Source: Syncephalis fuscata S228 (Eukaryota > Fungi > Zoopagomycota). From it: a DNA stretch of 64,000 nt. Of this stretch, positions 63,111 through 64,000 are shown in pieces. The stretch is from positions 1 to 64,000 of the forward strand of contig JAHLTZ010000037.1 in the NCBI GenBank assembly GCA_025786725.1. Reading direction: 5' to 3'. Under the pieces are notes generated by a model. That model worked only from the letters and a program-made list of their open reading frames with translations. It was not told the DNA's origin and did no database searches. Positions within the stretch are counted from its first letter, which is position 1; every line of letters begins with the position of its first letter. Made by a program: the position numbers and the translations under genes.

Positions 63111-64000
63111 ATGAGCCGTCGTCACTACGACCGAGCAAGTCCGACTCAACAACAACAACAACAACAACAACAAATACAGCGCAGCACAGCAACGCAGAAC
63201 AGCAACTACTTAGAACGAAAATCACGGCTTCCGTTAGAGATGTCGGCTCAGGCACCTTCTTTCTTCGATCCTGCCGAATTTACTATTCATTCAACCAATG
63301 AACCTTCCGGTTTAGTGTCATGCCAGTTGCGCACTGATAAATCAGCCACCAATACAGCGGCTAACCACAATAACAGCGAATTTGGAACTGCCAAGGCAGC
63401 TACAAGTACAACAACCGGTCAGAACAAGCGTCAATCTGCGACACCTCCTATTACTTCCTTGGACTATTCACAGAAAAATATACTATCCGAAATATTCAGT
63501 TCACGTAGTGCAAATACCACACCACCTGGTCGTACCAGTAGTGCTTATCGCGACGATAGATCAACTAATACAGCATTAGTCACCCCGGCTACTGCACGCA
63601 CTAATAAAACAGGATTATTTACAGGTGGCTCTAGTGCGGATCAAACGACAAACGGACCTTCACTGCCTGTCTACACTCGACTGCCACGGCATTTCCACGA
63701 TTTGGAATACGACGGCGAGAGTAGTGTTCATTATCGACCACCGTCATCAAATGACGACAAATACTTGACATCTATGCCAATGACACTGATACAGCTTCTA
63801 TTATGGCTCAAACACATCAAAATGCCGAGACTGGTTCATCGGCAAATGTACCACGTACACCAGCAGCAGGTAATATCACCACATTGACAGGAGTGCCAGC
63901 CACGCCTTCATTTATGAAATCGAGTCATATGAGTGCTGGTATGGCCTGGTTAACCAATAACTCAACTGCTGACAATCAGAGTAATTCAAGTGGTGTATCG
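63111..64000 (+). CDS. N-terminal low-complexity (Q/S/T-rich) part of a gene that probably runs off the window
   Basis: ATG 63111, poly-Gln (CAA)n, S/T-rich; the translation looks off-frame after ~63765 and the alternative frame stays open to the window end. Confidence 0.6.

Overview
AT-rich, intron-rich eukaryotic (fungal) genomic DNA with short (~50-110 nt) spliceosomal introns. Gene content and style suggest an early-diverging fungus, most plausibly a Zoopagomycota mycoparasite such as Syncephalis (inference; no database search was possible). About 28 protein-coding genes are supported. Housekeeping genes: MIT-domain protein, Aa_trans transporter, SulP/STAS transporter, Arb2/FAM172-like, PUP1, CYP450, GMF, ERV14, RCC1-like, PHO13, GPx, SNRNP27, Spindly, TTI2, F-box, RPN11. 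These are interleaved with mostly intronless secreted or accessory genes: a tandem pair of unknown small secreted proteins, an AA11-type LPMO with a CBM19-like tail, three secreted glycine-zipper proteins, a 7TM-like protein and a subtilase lacking its catalytic His. Highlights: (1) a cluster of three secreted glycine-zipper/hydrophobic-hairpin proteins at 45.3-49.9 kb, candidate membrane-active effectors; (2) a U12-type AT-AC minor intron in GMF; (3) four GC-AG introns; (4) a Spindly orthologue with CC1 box, Spindly motif and CNQQ CAAX end; (5) two families of dispersed non-coding repeats, one forming a long inverted repeat; (6) more than a dozen frameshifts, those traceable to the base being single-base losses in homopolymers, which are most likely long-read assembly errors and fragment the ORF track. 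No rRNA, tRNA, CRISPR or transposase was found.
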